Position numbers and translations under genes: made by a program
Part shown: piece after piece, positions 29,400 through 39,100 of the stretch
Numbering within the stretch: the first letter of the stretch is position 1
Layout: each line of letters opens with the position of its first letter
Source: an uncultured Eubacteriales bacterium
GTDB lineage: Bacteria; Bacillota; Clostridia; Oscillospirales; CAG-272
DNA: 64,000 nt
Reading direction: 5' to 3'
Assembly: GCA_934481515.1 (NCBI GenBank)
Contig: CAKSPO010000004.1
Location: 2,661-66,660, forward strand
The notes under the pieces: generated by a model
Database searches by the model: none
What the model saw: the letters and a program-made list of their open reading frames with translations, nothing else
Told to the model about the DNA's origin: nothing

Positions 29400-29428
29400 T
29401 TTACAAAATCACGCTTTTGTAGTAAAAT
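29400..29428 (+). promoter_or_regulatory. sigma-70-type promoter of the pyrH-frr... operon
   Basis: TTTACA (29400-29405), 17 nt, TAAAAT (29423-29428). Confidence 0.6.
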
Positions 29429-29473
29429 AAAAAGGAATATAGGTTCATTTTATGCGTAAGGAGCTACCCGAAC

Positions 29474-30184
29474 ATGCAAACACCAAAATACCATCGGATT
29501 CTTTTGAAGCTTTCCGGAGAAGCACTGGCACCCAAGGAAGGGGGAATTCTTGATTTTGAATTTATCTCCCGCGTCGCAAAGCAGATCAAGCGTTGTACCG
29601 ACAGCGGCGTGCAGGTTGCCGTCATCGTCGGCGCCGGAAACATCTGGCGCGGCAGACAGGGGACCGGAATGGATCATTGCCGTGCAGACCACATGGGAAT
29701 GCTGGCAACCGCCATCAATTCCATTGCCCTGCAGGACGTTTTTCTGCGGGAGGGAATGCAGGCTAAGGTCATGACCGCAGTGGAAATGAATGCTTTTGCA
29801 GATGCTTATAACTCCAGAAGCGCCATTCGGGAGCTGGAAAACGGAACGGTCGTTATTTTCGGATGCGGACTCGGAACGCCTTATTTTTCCACGGATACCG
29901 CAGCGGTTCTCCGCGCGGCGGAAATCGGAGCCGATTGCGTGCTGATGGCAAAGAACATTGATGCCATTTACAGCGACGATCCGAGAAAGAATCCGGATGC
30001 AGTTCGCTACACCGACATCACATATCGCAGGATTCTGGATGAGAACCTGCGCGCACTGGATATGACCTCTGCCATTTTCTGCATGGATAACGGAATCAAC
30101 GCCCACGCATTCGGGCTTGCGGACCCGGAAAACATTTACCGTGTCGTTATGGGCGAATCGGTAGGTACCGCCATTCACGTCTGA
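29474..30184 (+). CDS. pyrH: UMP kinase
   Basis: YHRILLKLSGEAL, VIVGAGNIWRG. AAGGAG Shine-Dalgarno sequence. Confidence 0.95.
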   Translation: MQTPKYHRILLKLSGEALAPKEGGILDFEFISRVAKQIKRCTDSGVQVAVIVGAGNIWRGRQGTGMDHCRADHMGMLATAINSIALQDVFLREGMQAKVMTAVEMNAFADAYNSRSAIRELENGTVVIFGCGLGTPYFSTDTAAVLRAAEIGADCVLMAKNIDAIYSDDPRKNPDAVRYTDITYRRILDENLRALDMTSAIFCMDNGINAHAFGLADPENIYRVVMGESVGTAIHV

Positions 30185-30251
30185 ATCCGGCAGTCCTTCT
30201 GCCGTATCATGGAAAAACTGCAATCTTACTACATCGAAAGGAATTGAAATT

Positions 30252-30806
30252 ATGAAATTCAACACCAAAGAAACCGAAGAAAAAATGTCCAAGAGCGTCT
30301 CCGTATTTGAAAACAACCTGTCTACCATCCGGGCAAGTCAGGCAAACAGCGCCATCGTTTCCAAGGTGACCTTTGAATACTATGGTGCCCCCACGAAGCT
30401 GGTGGACATGGCATCCGTCTCCGTGACCGACCCCAAAACGCTGACCATTTCTCCCTACGACCGTTCCACCCTGAAGGCGATGGTCAAGGCAATTCAGGCA
30501 TCCGACATCGGTATCAACCCCGTGGACGACGGAACCGTGATCCGGTTGGTATTTCCGCCACTGACGGAAGAGCACCGCAAGGAGCTTGCCAAGCAGATTC
30601 AGAAGATGACCGAGGAAGCCCGTGTTTCCATCCGGAATGTCCGCCGCGAAGCCAATGATGAGATCAAGAAGCAGAAAAAAGACGGTCTTATGACCGAGGA
30701 CGAGCAAAAAGCAGGCGAAAAGGCGGTGCAGGACCTGACCGACCAGTATGTCAAGACGATTGACGGCATTGCCGCAAAGAAAGAAAAAGAGATTATGCAG
30801 ATTTGA
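30252..30806 (+). CDS. frr: ribosome recycling factor
   Basis: Typical 184-aa RRF (IRASQANSAIVSKVTFEYYG...). Confidence 0.95.
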   Translation: MKFNTKETEEKMSKSVSVFENNLSTIRASQANSAIVSKVTFEYYGAPTKLVDMASVSVTDPKTLTISPYDRSTLKAMVKAIQASDIGINPVDDGTVIRLVFPPLTEEHRKELAKQIQKMTEEARVSIRNVRREANDEIKKQKKDGLMTEDEQKAGEKAVQDLTDQYVKTIDGIAAKKEKEIMQI

Positions 30807-30887
30807 TTTTCGTTCCCTCCCGGAGCCTTTCCGGGAGGAAACTGTTGCGTAGCCAAAACGGCAGAGAACACAAGACAGGAGACGGCT

Positions 30888-31610
30888 ATGTTCTGGAGCA
30901 AAAAGAAAAAAGAAAAGCAGAAGGTGCAGGTGGACGAACGCCTTCAGCACATCGCGTTCATCATGGACGGAAACGGCAGATGGGCACAGCGGCGCGGTAT
31001 GCCGCGGGAGTTCGGGCATTCGCACGGTGCGGCGACCTTCAAAAAGATCGGTCGGTACTGTGAAAGCATCGGACTGAAGTATATGACCGTTTATGCGTTT
31101 TCCACCGAGAACTGGAAGCGACCGCAAAAGGAAGTCGACACCATCATGAAGATTTTCGATGACTACATTGAAGAGTGCTTCTCGGAAATGAAAGAGGATA
31201 ATGTCCATTTCCGCTTCATCGGAAACCTTCATATTTTTCCGGAAGCACTACAGGAAAAGATGGCAAGGATCGACCGCGAGACCGCACATAAGCCTTTCAT
31301 TCTCAACATTGCCGTCAACTATGGCGGCAGAGAAGAGCTGGTTCACGCCTGCAACCAATTGCTGAAAGAGGGAAAAGCACAAATCGAGGAGAGCGACATC
31401 GACCGCGCACTTTATACGGCGGGATGCCCGGACCCGGATCTGATTGTCCGCACGGGCGGGGATTTGCGGATTTCCAACTTTCTTCTGTGGCAGTCCGCCT
31501 ATGCCGAATATTATTTTACCGATGTTCTCTGGCCGGATTTTTCCGCAGAGGATGTAGATCGGGCGGTTTCCGCTTTCTATGCAAGAAAACGCCGTTACGG
31601 CGGCGTCTAA
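30888..31610 (+). CDS. uppS: isoprenyl transferase (undecaprenyl diphosphate synthase)
   Basis: HIAFIMDGNGRWA and RTGGDLRISNFLLWQSAYAE. Confidence 0.95.
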   Translation: MFWSKKKKEKQKVQVDERLQHIAFIMDGNGRWAQRRGMPREFGHSHGAATFKKIGRYCESIGLKYMTVYAFSTENWKRPQKEVDTIMKIFDDYIEECFSEMKEDNVHFRFIGNLHIFPEALQEKMARIDRETAHKPFILNIAVNYGGREELVHACNQLLKEGKAQIEESDIDRALYTAGCPDPDLIVRTGGDLRISNFLLWQSAYAEYYFTDVLWPDFSAEDVDRAVSAFYARKRRYGGV

Positions 31611-31637
31611 TTCATACAGAGAGAAAGGTTCGCTGAT

Positions 31638-32480
31638 ATGAAACAACGCTTTATCACCGGTGCAGTCGCAACGGCAATTCTGATTCCCGTTCTGATCTTC
31701 GCAAATACACCGGCGCTTCCCATCGGACTTGCCATCTGCTCGGTCATCGCTGTTTTTGAAATGATCCGGTGCATCGGATTACAGAAAGCATATGTCCTCA
31801 ACATTCCTGTTTATCTTGCCGCAGCGGCGTCCCCGTTTCTGATCCGTTATCTCGGAAAACTGGATGAACTGCGGCGCGGAGCCATTGTCTTTTCCATGGT
31901 ACTGTTGATTTATCTTTTTGCCGTTGCCACCTTTTCCCGCGGAAAGTACCGGATTGCGGATGTGTGTATTCTTTTTGCTACATCCTTTTACATCCTCATC
32001 GGCTTCAATGCCATCCTTCTCCTGCACGATTACGAGCCGGGCGGGAACGTTTCCTACCTGACCGTTTTCATCGGTGCATGGATCACGGACATCTTTGCTT
32101 ATCTGTGCGGAATGCTCTTCGGCAGAGGCGGAAAGCATAAGCTGATTCCCGATGTCAGTCCGAAAAAAACGGTGGAGGGAAGCATCGGCGGCACGGTGTT
32201 CTGCACACTCAGTATGCTCCTGTTCGGCTGGATTGCACAGAGCATGACAGAGGCACGGGTCAACTTCTGGCTGCTTGCCGTCGCGGGAATCCTTGCCGCC
32301 ATCGTGGCACAGATCGGAGACCTTTTGATGTCGCTCATCAAACGTCAGTACGGGATCAAGGATTACGGAAAGATTTTTCCGGGACACGGCGGAATGCTGG
32401 ATCGGTTTGATTCCATTCTGTCGGTTTCCATTATACTGCTTGCATTTTCGTCTTACTTCAACATTCTGGAGGTGATCTGA
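31638..32480 (+). CDS. cdsA: phosphatidate cytidylyltransferase
   Basis: CDS signature SLIKRQYGIKDYGKIFPGHGGMLDRFDS. Confidence 0.93.
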   Translation: MKQRFITGAVATAILIPVLIFANTPALPIGLAICSVIAVFEMIRCIGLQKAYVLNIPVYLAAAASPFLIRYLGKLDELRRGAIVFSMVLLIYLFAVATFSRGKYRIADVCILFATSFYILIGFNAILLLHDYEPGGNVSYLTVFIGAWITDIFAYLCGMLFGRGGKHKLIPDVSPKKTVEGSIGGTVFCTLSMLLFGWIAQSMTEARVNFWLLAVAGILAAIVAQIGDLLMSLIKRQYGIKDYGKIFPGHGGMLDRFDSILSVSIILLAFSSYFNILEVI

Positions 32481-33664
32481 TGGCACAGGAAGAGCATTAT
32501 CCTTCCGTTACGATTTTAGGCTCCACCGGTTCCGTCGGGGAACAGGCAATTGATGTGGCAAAGCGATGCCATATTCGCGTCAATGCAATTTCCGCCAACC
32601 GGAATGCCAAGCGGGTAGAGGAGCAGGCAAGGGAGCTGAAGGTACGCGCTTGCGCCATGGCAGACCGGGACGCGGCAAAGGAATTGAAATTACGACTTGC
32701 GGATACCGATATTGCGGTTTATGCAGGCGCGGACGGCGTGTGCGCGCTGGCTGGATATCCGTATGAGAAAGAGGAGATCGTCTTAAATTCCGTCATCGGA
32801 GCCGCAGGACTGAAGCCGACACTGGCTGTCCTGCAGAGCGGAAAAAAGCTTGCGCTTGCCAACAAGGAGTCCCTGGTCTGTGCCGGGGAGTTCGTGATGA
32901 AGCTTGCAGAGGCAAAAAAGACCGAAATCCTTCCGGTGGACAGTGAGCATTCCGCGATTTTTCAGTGCCTCCGTTCCGGCGGAAAGAATCGCATCCGACG
33001 GATCTTCCTGACCGCGTCCGGCGGACCCTTCTATGGAATGAATGCAAAACAGCTTTCCGGAATTACCGTGGAGAAAGCGTTGGCACACCCCACATGGAAA
33101 ATGGGAGCCAAGATTACCGTGGACAGCGCAACGCTGATGAACAAAGGTTTTGAGGTCATTGAAGCGGTACATCTGTTCGGCGTCCGCCCGGAGCAGATTG
33201 AGGTACTGGTGCATCGGGAAAGTATAATCCACTCTGCGGTGGAATATATTGATAACAGCGTGATCGCGCAGATGTCCATGCCGGATATGCGGCTTTGCGT
33301 GCAATACGCGCTGACGCATCCGGATCGGGCAACCGGCGTAATCAAACCGTTGGATCTGACCGAGGTCGGACAATTGACATTCCGCAAGCCGGATACCGAA
33401 ACGTTTGTCCTTTTGAAGCTGGCACTGGAGGCCATCCGCCGCGGCGGAGCGGTTCCGGCAGTGCTCAACGCGGCAAATGAGATTGCCGTTGCGGCATTTC
33501 TTGACGGGAAACTCGGTTTTACCGGAATCTTTGAACTGGTGGAACAGACCTTAGAAGCCCTTCCGGATGCAGACAAGATCTGTTCGCTGGATGACATTTT
33601 CTCGTTTGACGGCGCCGCCCGCTCTCTTGCAAGTGAATTTTTGGAAAACCGCAGGACGGTTTAA
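32480..33664 (+). CDS. dxr: 1-deoxy-D-xylulose 5-phosphate reductoisomerase
   Basis: ILGSTGSVGEQA, LANKESLV, and DSEHSAIFQC. Confidence 0.95.
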   Translation: MAQEEHYPSVTILGSTGSVGEQAIDVAKRCHIRVNAISANRNAKRVEEQARELKVRACAMADRDAAKELKLRLADTDIAVYAGADGVCALAGYPYEKEEIVLNSVIGAAGLKPTLAVLQSGKKLALANKESLVCAGEFVMKLAEAKKTEILPVDSEHSAIFQCLRSGGKNRIRRIFLTASGGPFYGMNAKQLSGITVEKALAHPTWKMGAKITVDSATLMNKGFEVIEAVHLFGVRPEQIEVLVHRESIIHSAVEYIDNSVIAQMSMPDMRLCVQYALTHPDRATGVIKPLDLTEVGQLTFRKPDTETFVLLKLALEAIRRGGAVPAVLNAANEIAVAAFLDGKLGFTGIFELVEQTLEALPDADKICSLDDIFSFDGAARSLASEFLENRRTV

Positions 33665-33689
33665 CGGTTTTTTTGGGAGGAACATTGCT

Positions 33690-35108
33690 TTGAACGTTTT
33701 GTATATTTTGCTTGCTCTGCTGATTTTCGGTGCCCTGATTACCATTCACGAGCTGGGGCATTTCATTGTGGCGCGCCTGTGCGGTGTCAGGGTGCTGGAG
33801 TTTGCCATCGGTATGGGACCGAAGATTCTGTCCCGGAAGAGCCGGAAAAGCGGGATCGTCTATTCTCTGCGGCTCTTTCCCATCGGCGGCTTTGTCAGCA
33901 TGCTCGGAGAAAACGGCATGGAGGCGGTGCAGGGGAGCGCGGAAGGGACAGCCGAGCCACCCGTTGCTTCCTCTGAGCTTCCGGACGACCAACGGGCGGA
34001 GGAAGCGTTCTGGACGAATCCCGGCTCCGAGGAAAGCCTCAAAAAATCCGTACAACAGGAACCGGCTCCGGTGGATCCCGAGGAAGCAAAGCATGCCTAT
34101 TGCAATCAGAGCGTCTGGAAACGGATTCTGATCTCCCTTGCCGGACCGCTCATGAACGTCCTTTTGGGATTTGTTCTGATGCTGGTATTCGTGCTTGTCT
34201 CCGGTCATGGGGCGCTCGGCACCACAGGGGTTGCCGGATTTTACGTGACCTATATCGGGGAATCGACCGAGAACGGCTTTCAGAAGGATGACTATCTGAT
34301 TTCCGTCAACGGAAATCAGGTTCTTTCCATGGATGATCTGAAGCAGATTCTGAAGGAAAGCGGAAATACGGACTGCACGGTGGTGGTTCACCGCCTGAAT
34401 AAGGAAGGAACCGCAACCGAGCAGATCACACTCACTCTGCCGATCACCGAAGAAACGATGACTTCTCTGCAGGAGTCCCTCAGTGCCGCGTCCGGACTGA
34501 AGGTCGGAGATAAGATTACCAAGGTCAATTCCACCCGTGTGCATACCTACAATGAACTTGCTTATGAAATGATGTTCCAGGGCTACCGGCCGATGAAGCT
34601 GACAGTGGAGCGGAACGGCGAGACGATTGTCCTGGATCAGGTCATCGTTCCTTCCTATGAAGAATCCGGAGTGGTATTCGGAACACCGGATTTTCGCGTC
34701 TGGAGGGAGCCTTCCTTCGGCTTTGCGACGGTTGTCAAGCATACGTGGTTCCGCTCGGTTTCCACGGTCAAGATGGTGTTTGATTCTCTCTCGGGACTGT
34801 TTACCAGGCGCTTCGGTTTTGAAGCCGTTTCGGGACCTGTCGGAATCACCAAAACCATCGGAGACGCGGCGCAAACCGGCGCTTTGAACGTGCTGTATCT
34901 TGTCATCGTCATTTCCATTAACCTCGGAGTGATGAATCTTTTGCCGTTGCCGGCACTGGACGGCGGGCACATTTTCCTGTATCTGATTGAACTGATCCGC
35001 CGCAAGCCGGTGAAAAAAGAGGTGGAAGCGGTCATCAATTTTGTCGGATTGATTCTGCTTCTGGCGCTTGCTGTTGTTGTCGCCATCAAGGATGTGATCA
35101 CACTATGA
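33690..35108 (+). CDS. rseP: RIP metalloprotease RseP (site-2 protease, M50)
   Basis: HELGHF, a PDZ region and NLLPLPALDGG. Start set at TTG 33690, 9 nt after GGGAGG at 33675-33680. The supplied ORF overlaps the dxr 3' end. Confidence 0.88.
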   Translation: MNVLYILLALLIFGALITIHELGHFIVARLCGVRVLEFAIGMGPKILSRKSRKSGIVYSLRLFPIGGFVSMLGENGMEAVQGSAEGTAEPPVASSELPDDQRAEEAFWTNPGSEESLKKSVQQEPAPVDPEEAKHAYCNQSVWKRILISLAGPLMNVLLGFVLMLVFVLVSGHGALGTTGVAGFYVTYIGESTENGFQKDDYLISVNGNQVLSMDDLKQILKESGNTDCTVVVHRLNKEGTATEQITLTLPITEETMTSLQESLSAASGLKVGDKITKVNSTRVHTYNELAYEMMFQGYRPMKLTVERNGETIVLDQVIVPSYEESGVVFGTPDFRVWREPSFGFATVVKHTWFRSVSTVKMVFDSLSGLFTRRFGFEAVSGPVGITKTIGDAAQTGALNVLYLVIVISINLGVMNLLPLPALDGGHIFLYLIELIRRKPVKKEVEAVINFVGLILLLALAVVVAIKDVITL

Positions 35109-36199
35109 AATACAATGAAATCAGAAGAAAAACAAGTGAGGTAAAGGTCGGAAACCGGACCTTGGGCGGAAATGCCCCCATTGCCATCCAGTCCATGACC
35201 AACACCGATACCGCCGATGCCGCTTCCACCACCGATCAGATTCTGCGTCTGGAGGCGGCGGGGTGTGATATTGTCCGCGTTTCGGTTCCCACCGCGGAAG
35301 CGGCATACACCATCCTGAAAATCAAGGAAGCCGGTGTCCGGATTCCGATTGTTGCGGATATTCATTTCGATTATCGGATCGCACTGCGCTGTGCGGAGCT
35401 TGGATTTGATAAAATCCGCATCAATCCCGGAAACATCGGGGAAGACGACCGGGTTCGCGCCGTATGCGATGCCTGCCGGGAAAGAAAAATTCCGATCCGG
35501 ATCGGTGTCAACAGCGGTTCTCTGGAAAAGCATATTCTTGCAAAATACGGCGCACCGACCCCGGAGGCACTTTGCGAAAGCGCCCTGTACCACATTTCGC
35601 TTTTGGAACGGTGCGGGTTCTACGATACATTGGTTTCCATCAAAGCGTCCACCGTGCCGGATATGATCCGGGCAAACCGCCTGCTGGCAGAGCGTTGCCC
35701 TTATCCGTTGCATCTCGGTGTCACAGAGGCGGGCGGCGGGGAGCGCGGAACCCTCAAAAGCGCCATCGGAATCGGTGCCTTGCTTTGCGACGGAATCGGA
35801 GATACCATCCGTGTTTCTCTGACCGAGAACCCGCTTGCGGAGGTTGCGGCGGCAAAGAAGATTCTTCAGGCAGTCGGAATTGAGGGGCAGAGCGGCATGG
35901 ATATTGTCAGCTGCCCGACCTGCTCCAGAACCAAGATCAACCTGATTGCACTGGCAGCTGCCTTTGAAAAAGCCGTGCGCGAAGCACACCTGGAGGATGT
36001 ACCCGTTCGCGTCGCACTGATGGGATGCGTTGTCAACGGCCCCGGCGAGGCGCGCGAGGCGGATATCGGGATTGCCGGAGGCTGTGGAGAAGCGGTTCTG
36101 TTCCGGCACGGAGAAATCGTAGAAAAGATTCCCGAGGGTGAAATTGTCGAACGTCTGATCCGGGAAATCCGGTCTTTCAAAGAAAAAGGGAATTCATGA
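35105..36199 (+). CDS. ispG: 4-hydroxy-3-methylbut-2-en-1-yl diphosphate synthase
   Basis: Typical GcpE sequence with a C-terminal Cys cluster (CPTCSRT...MGCVVNGPGE). Confidence 0.95.
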   Translation: MKYNEIRRKTSEVKVGNRTLGGNAPIAIQSMTNTDTADAASTTDQILRLEAAGCDIVRVSVPTAEAAYTILKIKEAGVRIPIVADIHFDYRIALRCAELGFDKIRINPGNIGEDDRVRAVCDACRERKIPIRIGVNSGSLEKHILAKYGAPTPEALCESALYHISLLERCGFYDTLVSIKASTVPDMIRANRLLAERCPYPLHLGVTEAGGGERGTLKSAIGIGALLCDGIGDTIRVSLTENPLAEVAAAKKILQAVGIEGQSGMDIVSCPTCSRTKINLIALAAAFEKAVREAHLEDVPVRVALMGCVVNGPGEAREADIGIAGGCGEAVLFRHGEIVEKIPEGEIVERLIREIRSFKEKGNS

Positions 36200-39100
36200 G
36201 CAAAACATTTTTGGAAATTTTCAGTCGTTACCATCCGGATGCCGAGCTGTCGGCACTGTTGCAGAGCGCGGATCCGGACGGCATAGCTCTCCGCGCGGAC
36301 AGAGGGCAGCGGATCATGGAGGCGACACTTCCGTTTCCGCAGTATGTTCCGAAGCGCACGCTCTACCGGATTGAAGAAGAAATCCGGCAGGTTTATGAAC
36401 TGAATGCCGTCCGACTCTGCCCGAAATACCGGGCAGAGCTTTTTGACAGTACCCGGATTCCGGATCTTCTGAGCGAAACCAACCGGAGCGGCTCTGTCGC
36501 CAACGGCTTTTTCAACCATTGCGAATATCACCTGCAAAACGGATTTCTCCGGATCGAAATTCCGTTTACCGAGGACGGCGTCGGGCTGATGTACGACGCG
36601 CAAACCCCGCATCTGATGGAAGAAATCGTTCTGCGTGAATTCGGCGTACCGATCCGCGTGGAAATCCGCCAAATGGAAGCCTTCGACCCGATGGCGGATC
36701 AGGGAGGGCTGTACCGTCTCCGAAAGGAATTCCAAAGCGAAGCGGTCAAAGAAGCGGAACGCGCAAGCGCACTGGAAGCACAGTACGCGGCGCAAAGCGC
36801 GGCTTCCTCATACGGCGGTAAAGCAGAATCGGAGGAACCGATGCTGCCGCGGGCAGTTTCCATCTATGAACCGGCATTGTACCCGGAGATCAGCGGTGAC
36901 ACCTGCCGCATCGGATTTTCCGTTTTTGACCTCTCCGCACCGGAATACATATACGGGGATGCTTTTGAAATTCACCCCGTCACCATCGCTTCCATCGACA
37001 AGCCGCAGAAAAACCTTGTCATTGTCGGTGAAATTTTCAATTTTCAGAGGGAAGAAGGACGCGGCGGAGATAAATTTGACATCAGCTTTGATATTTTCGA
37101 CGGGAACGCTTCCATCGAGCATCGCACGTTCGGAATGGTACCGGAGGATGCCGACCGGATTTGTTCCCTGATCGGGAACGGCACGGTTGTTGCCATGCGA
37201 GGATACGTCAAGCACGTGACCAGAAAAGGAAGCACCGACCCGGATTTTACGTTTTATTATACCGATATTGCAAAGATTTCCAAAAAATCGCGCAAAGATA
37301 CCGCCGAAAAGAAACGGGTGGAGCTTCACCTGCATACCACCATGTCCACAATGGATGCACTGATTCCGCCGGACGTTGCGGTCAAAACTGCTTACAAATG
37401 GGGACATCCGGCAGTTGCCATCACCGACCACGGAAATGTGCAGGCGTTTCCGGATGCAATGCTGGCACTGGAAAAAGCGGTTCCGGCGGACAGTGACTTC
37501 AAGGTCATCTACGGAATGGAAGCCTACTTTGTCAACAACACGGCAAGCGCCATTACCGGAGCCTTCAACCCGGATTTTCACGCGGAGTGCATCGTATTCG
37601 ATATCGAAACCACCGGACTTTCCGTTCAGAACTGCAAAATCACCGAGATCGGAGCCGTCAAGATTCGGGACGGCAAGGTGCTGGATCGGTTCGACACATT
37701 CGTCAATCCGGAATGCGCCATTCCGGAAGAGATCGTCCGGCTGACCGGCATTACCGATGAAATGGTTGCGGACGCACCGCGCTTTCCGGATGCTCTGCAA
37801 GGCTTTTTCGCTTTCATCGGAGACGGGGACGGCGGACAGAAGGAAAAGAAACTCCTGATCGCACACAACGCCAACTTCGACATCGGATTCATCCGCCATT
37901 TTGCGGAGGCGGCGGGGCTGCCGTTTGAAAACCCGTATCTTGATACGGTCGCGCTTTCCAAGTACCTTAATCCGGAACTGAAAAATCATAAGCTGGATAC
38001 CATCGCCGAAGCCTATCATCTGGGAGATTTCAACCATCACCGTGCCTGCGACGACGCGGAAATGCTGGCAATGATCTATTTCCATATGATTGAGCTGATG
38101 GAAAAATCAGAGATTGCGGATCTGCGCGCATTGCAAAAGGAAATGACCGAGAAGGCAGACCCGCTCAAGCTCAAGCCCTATCACCAGATCATTCTGGTCA
38201 AAAACCAGGCGGGACTGAAAAATCTGTACCGCCTGATTTCGCAAAGCTACCTGAATTATTTCAAGCGCTTTCCGAGAATTCCGAAGACCGTGCTGGAAAA
38301 GTATCGGGAGGGTTTGATTATCGGTTCCGCCTGTGAGGCAGGAGAACTTTTCCGCGCCATTTTGGAGAACCGACCGGAATCGGAGCTGGAGGAGATCGTC
38401 GGTTTTTATGACTATCTGGAGATTCAGCCCATCTGCAACAACCGCTTCCTGATTGCCGAAGGAACGGTTGCAGACGACGAGGGGCTGCGAAATCTGAACC
38501 GCCGGATTGTGGAGTTGGGTGAGAAATACAATAAGCCTGTCTGCGCCACCTGCGATTCTCATTTTCTCAACCGCGAGGACGAGCTGTACCGCAAAATCCT
38601 TCTGGCGGGACAGAAATTCAAAGACTTTGACAAGGATGTCGGTCTTTATTTCCGGACTACAGAGGAAATGCTGGAGGAATTTTCTTATCTCGGGAAAGAA
38701 AAAGCATACGAGGTCGTTGTCACCAATACCAATGCCATTGCGGAGCAGATTGAACGTATCCGCCCGATTCCGAAGGGTTCCTACACTCCGGAAATGAAGG
38801 GGGCGGAAGAAGAACTGCAGGAGATGTGCTGGAACCGCGCAAAGTCTCAATACGGTGATCCGCTTCCCGAAATCGTTTCCAAGCGACTGGAAAAGGAGCT
38901 TTCCTCCATCATCAAAAACGGATTTGCCGTCCTGTATCTGATCGCACAGCGGCTGGTGCATTTCAGCGAGGAACAAGGTTACCTTGTCGGCTCCCGTGGT
39001 TCTGTGGGTTCCTCCTTTGTTGCAACCATGGCGGGCATTTCCGAAGTCAACCCCCTGCCGCCGCATTACTATTGCCCGAATCCGGAATGCAAGCACAGTG

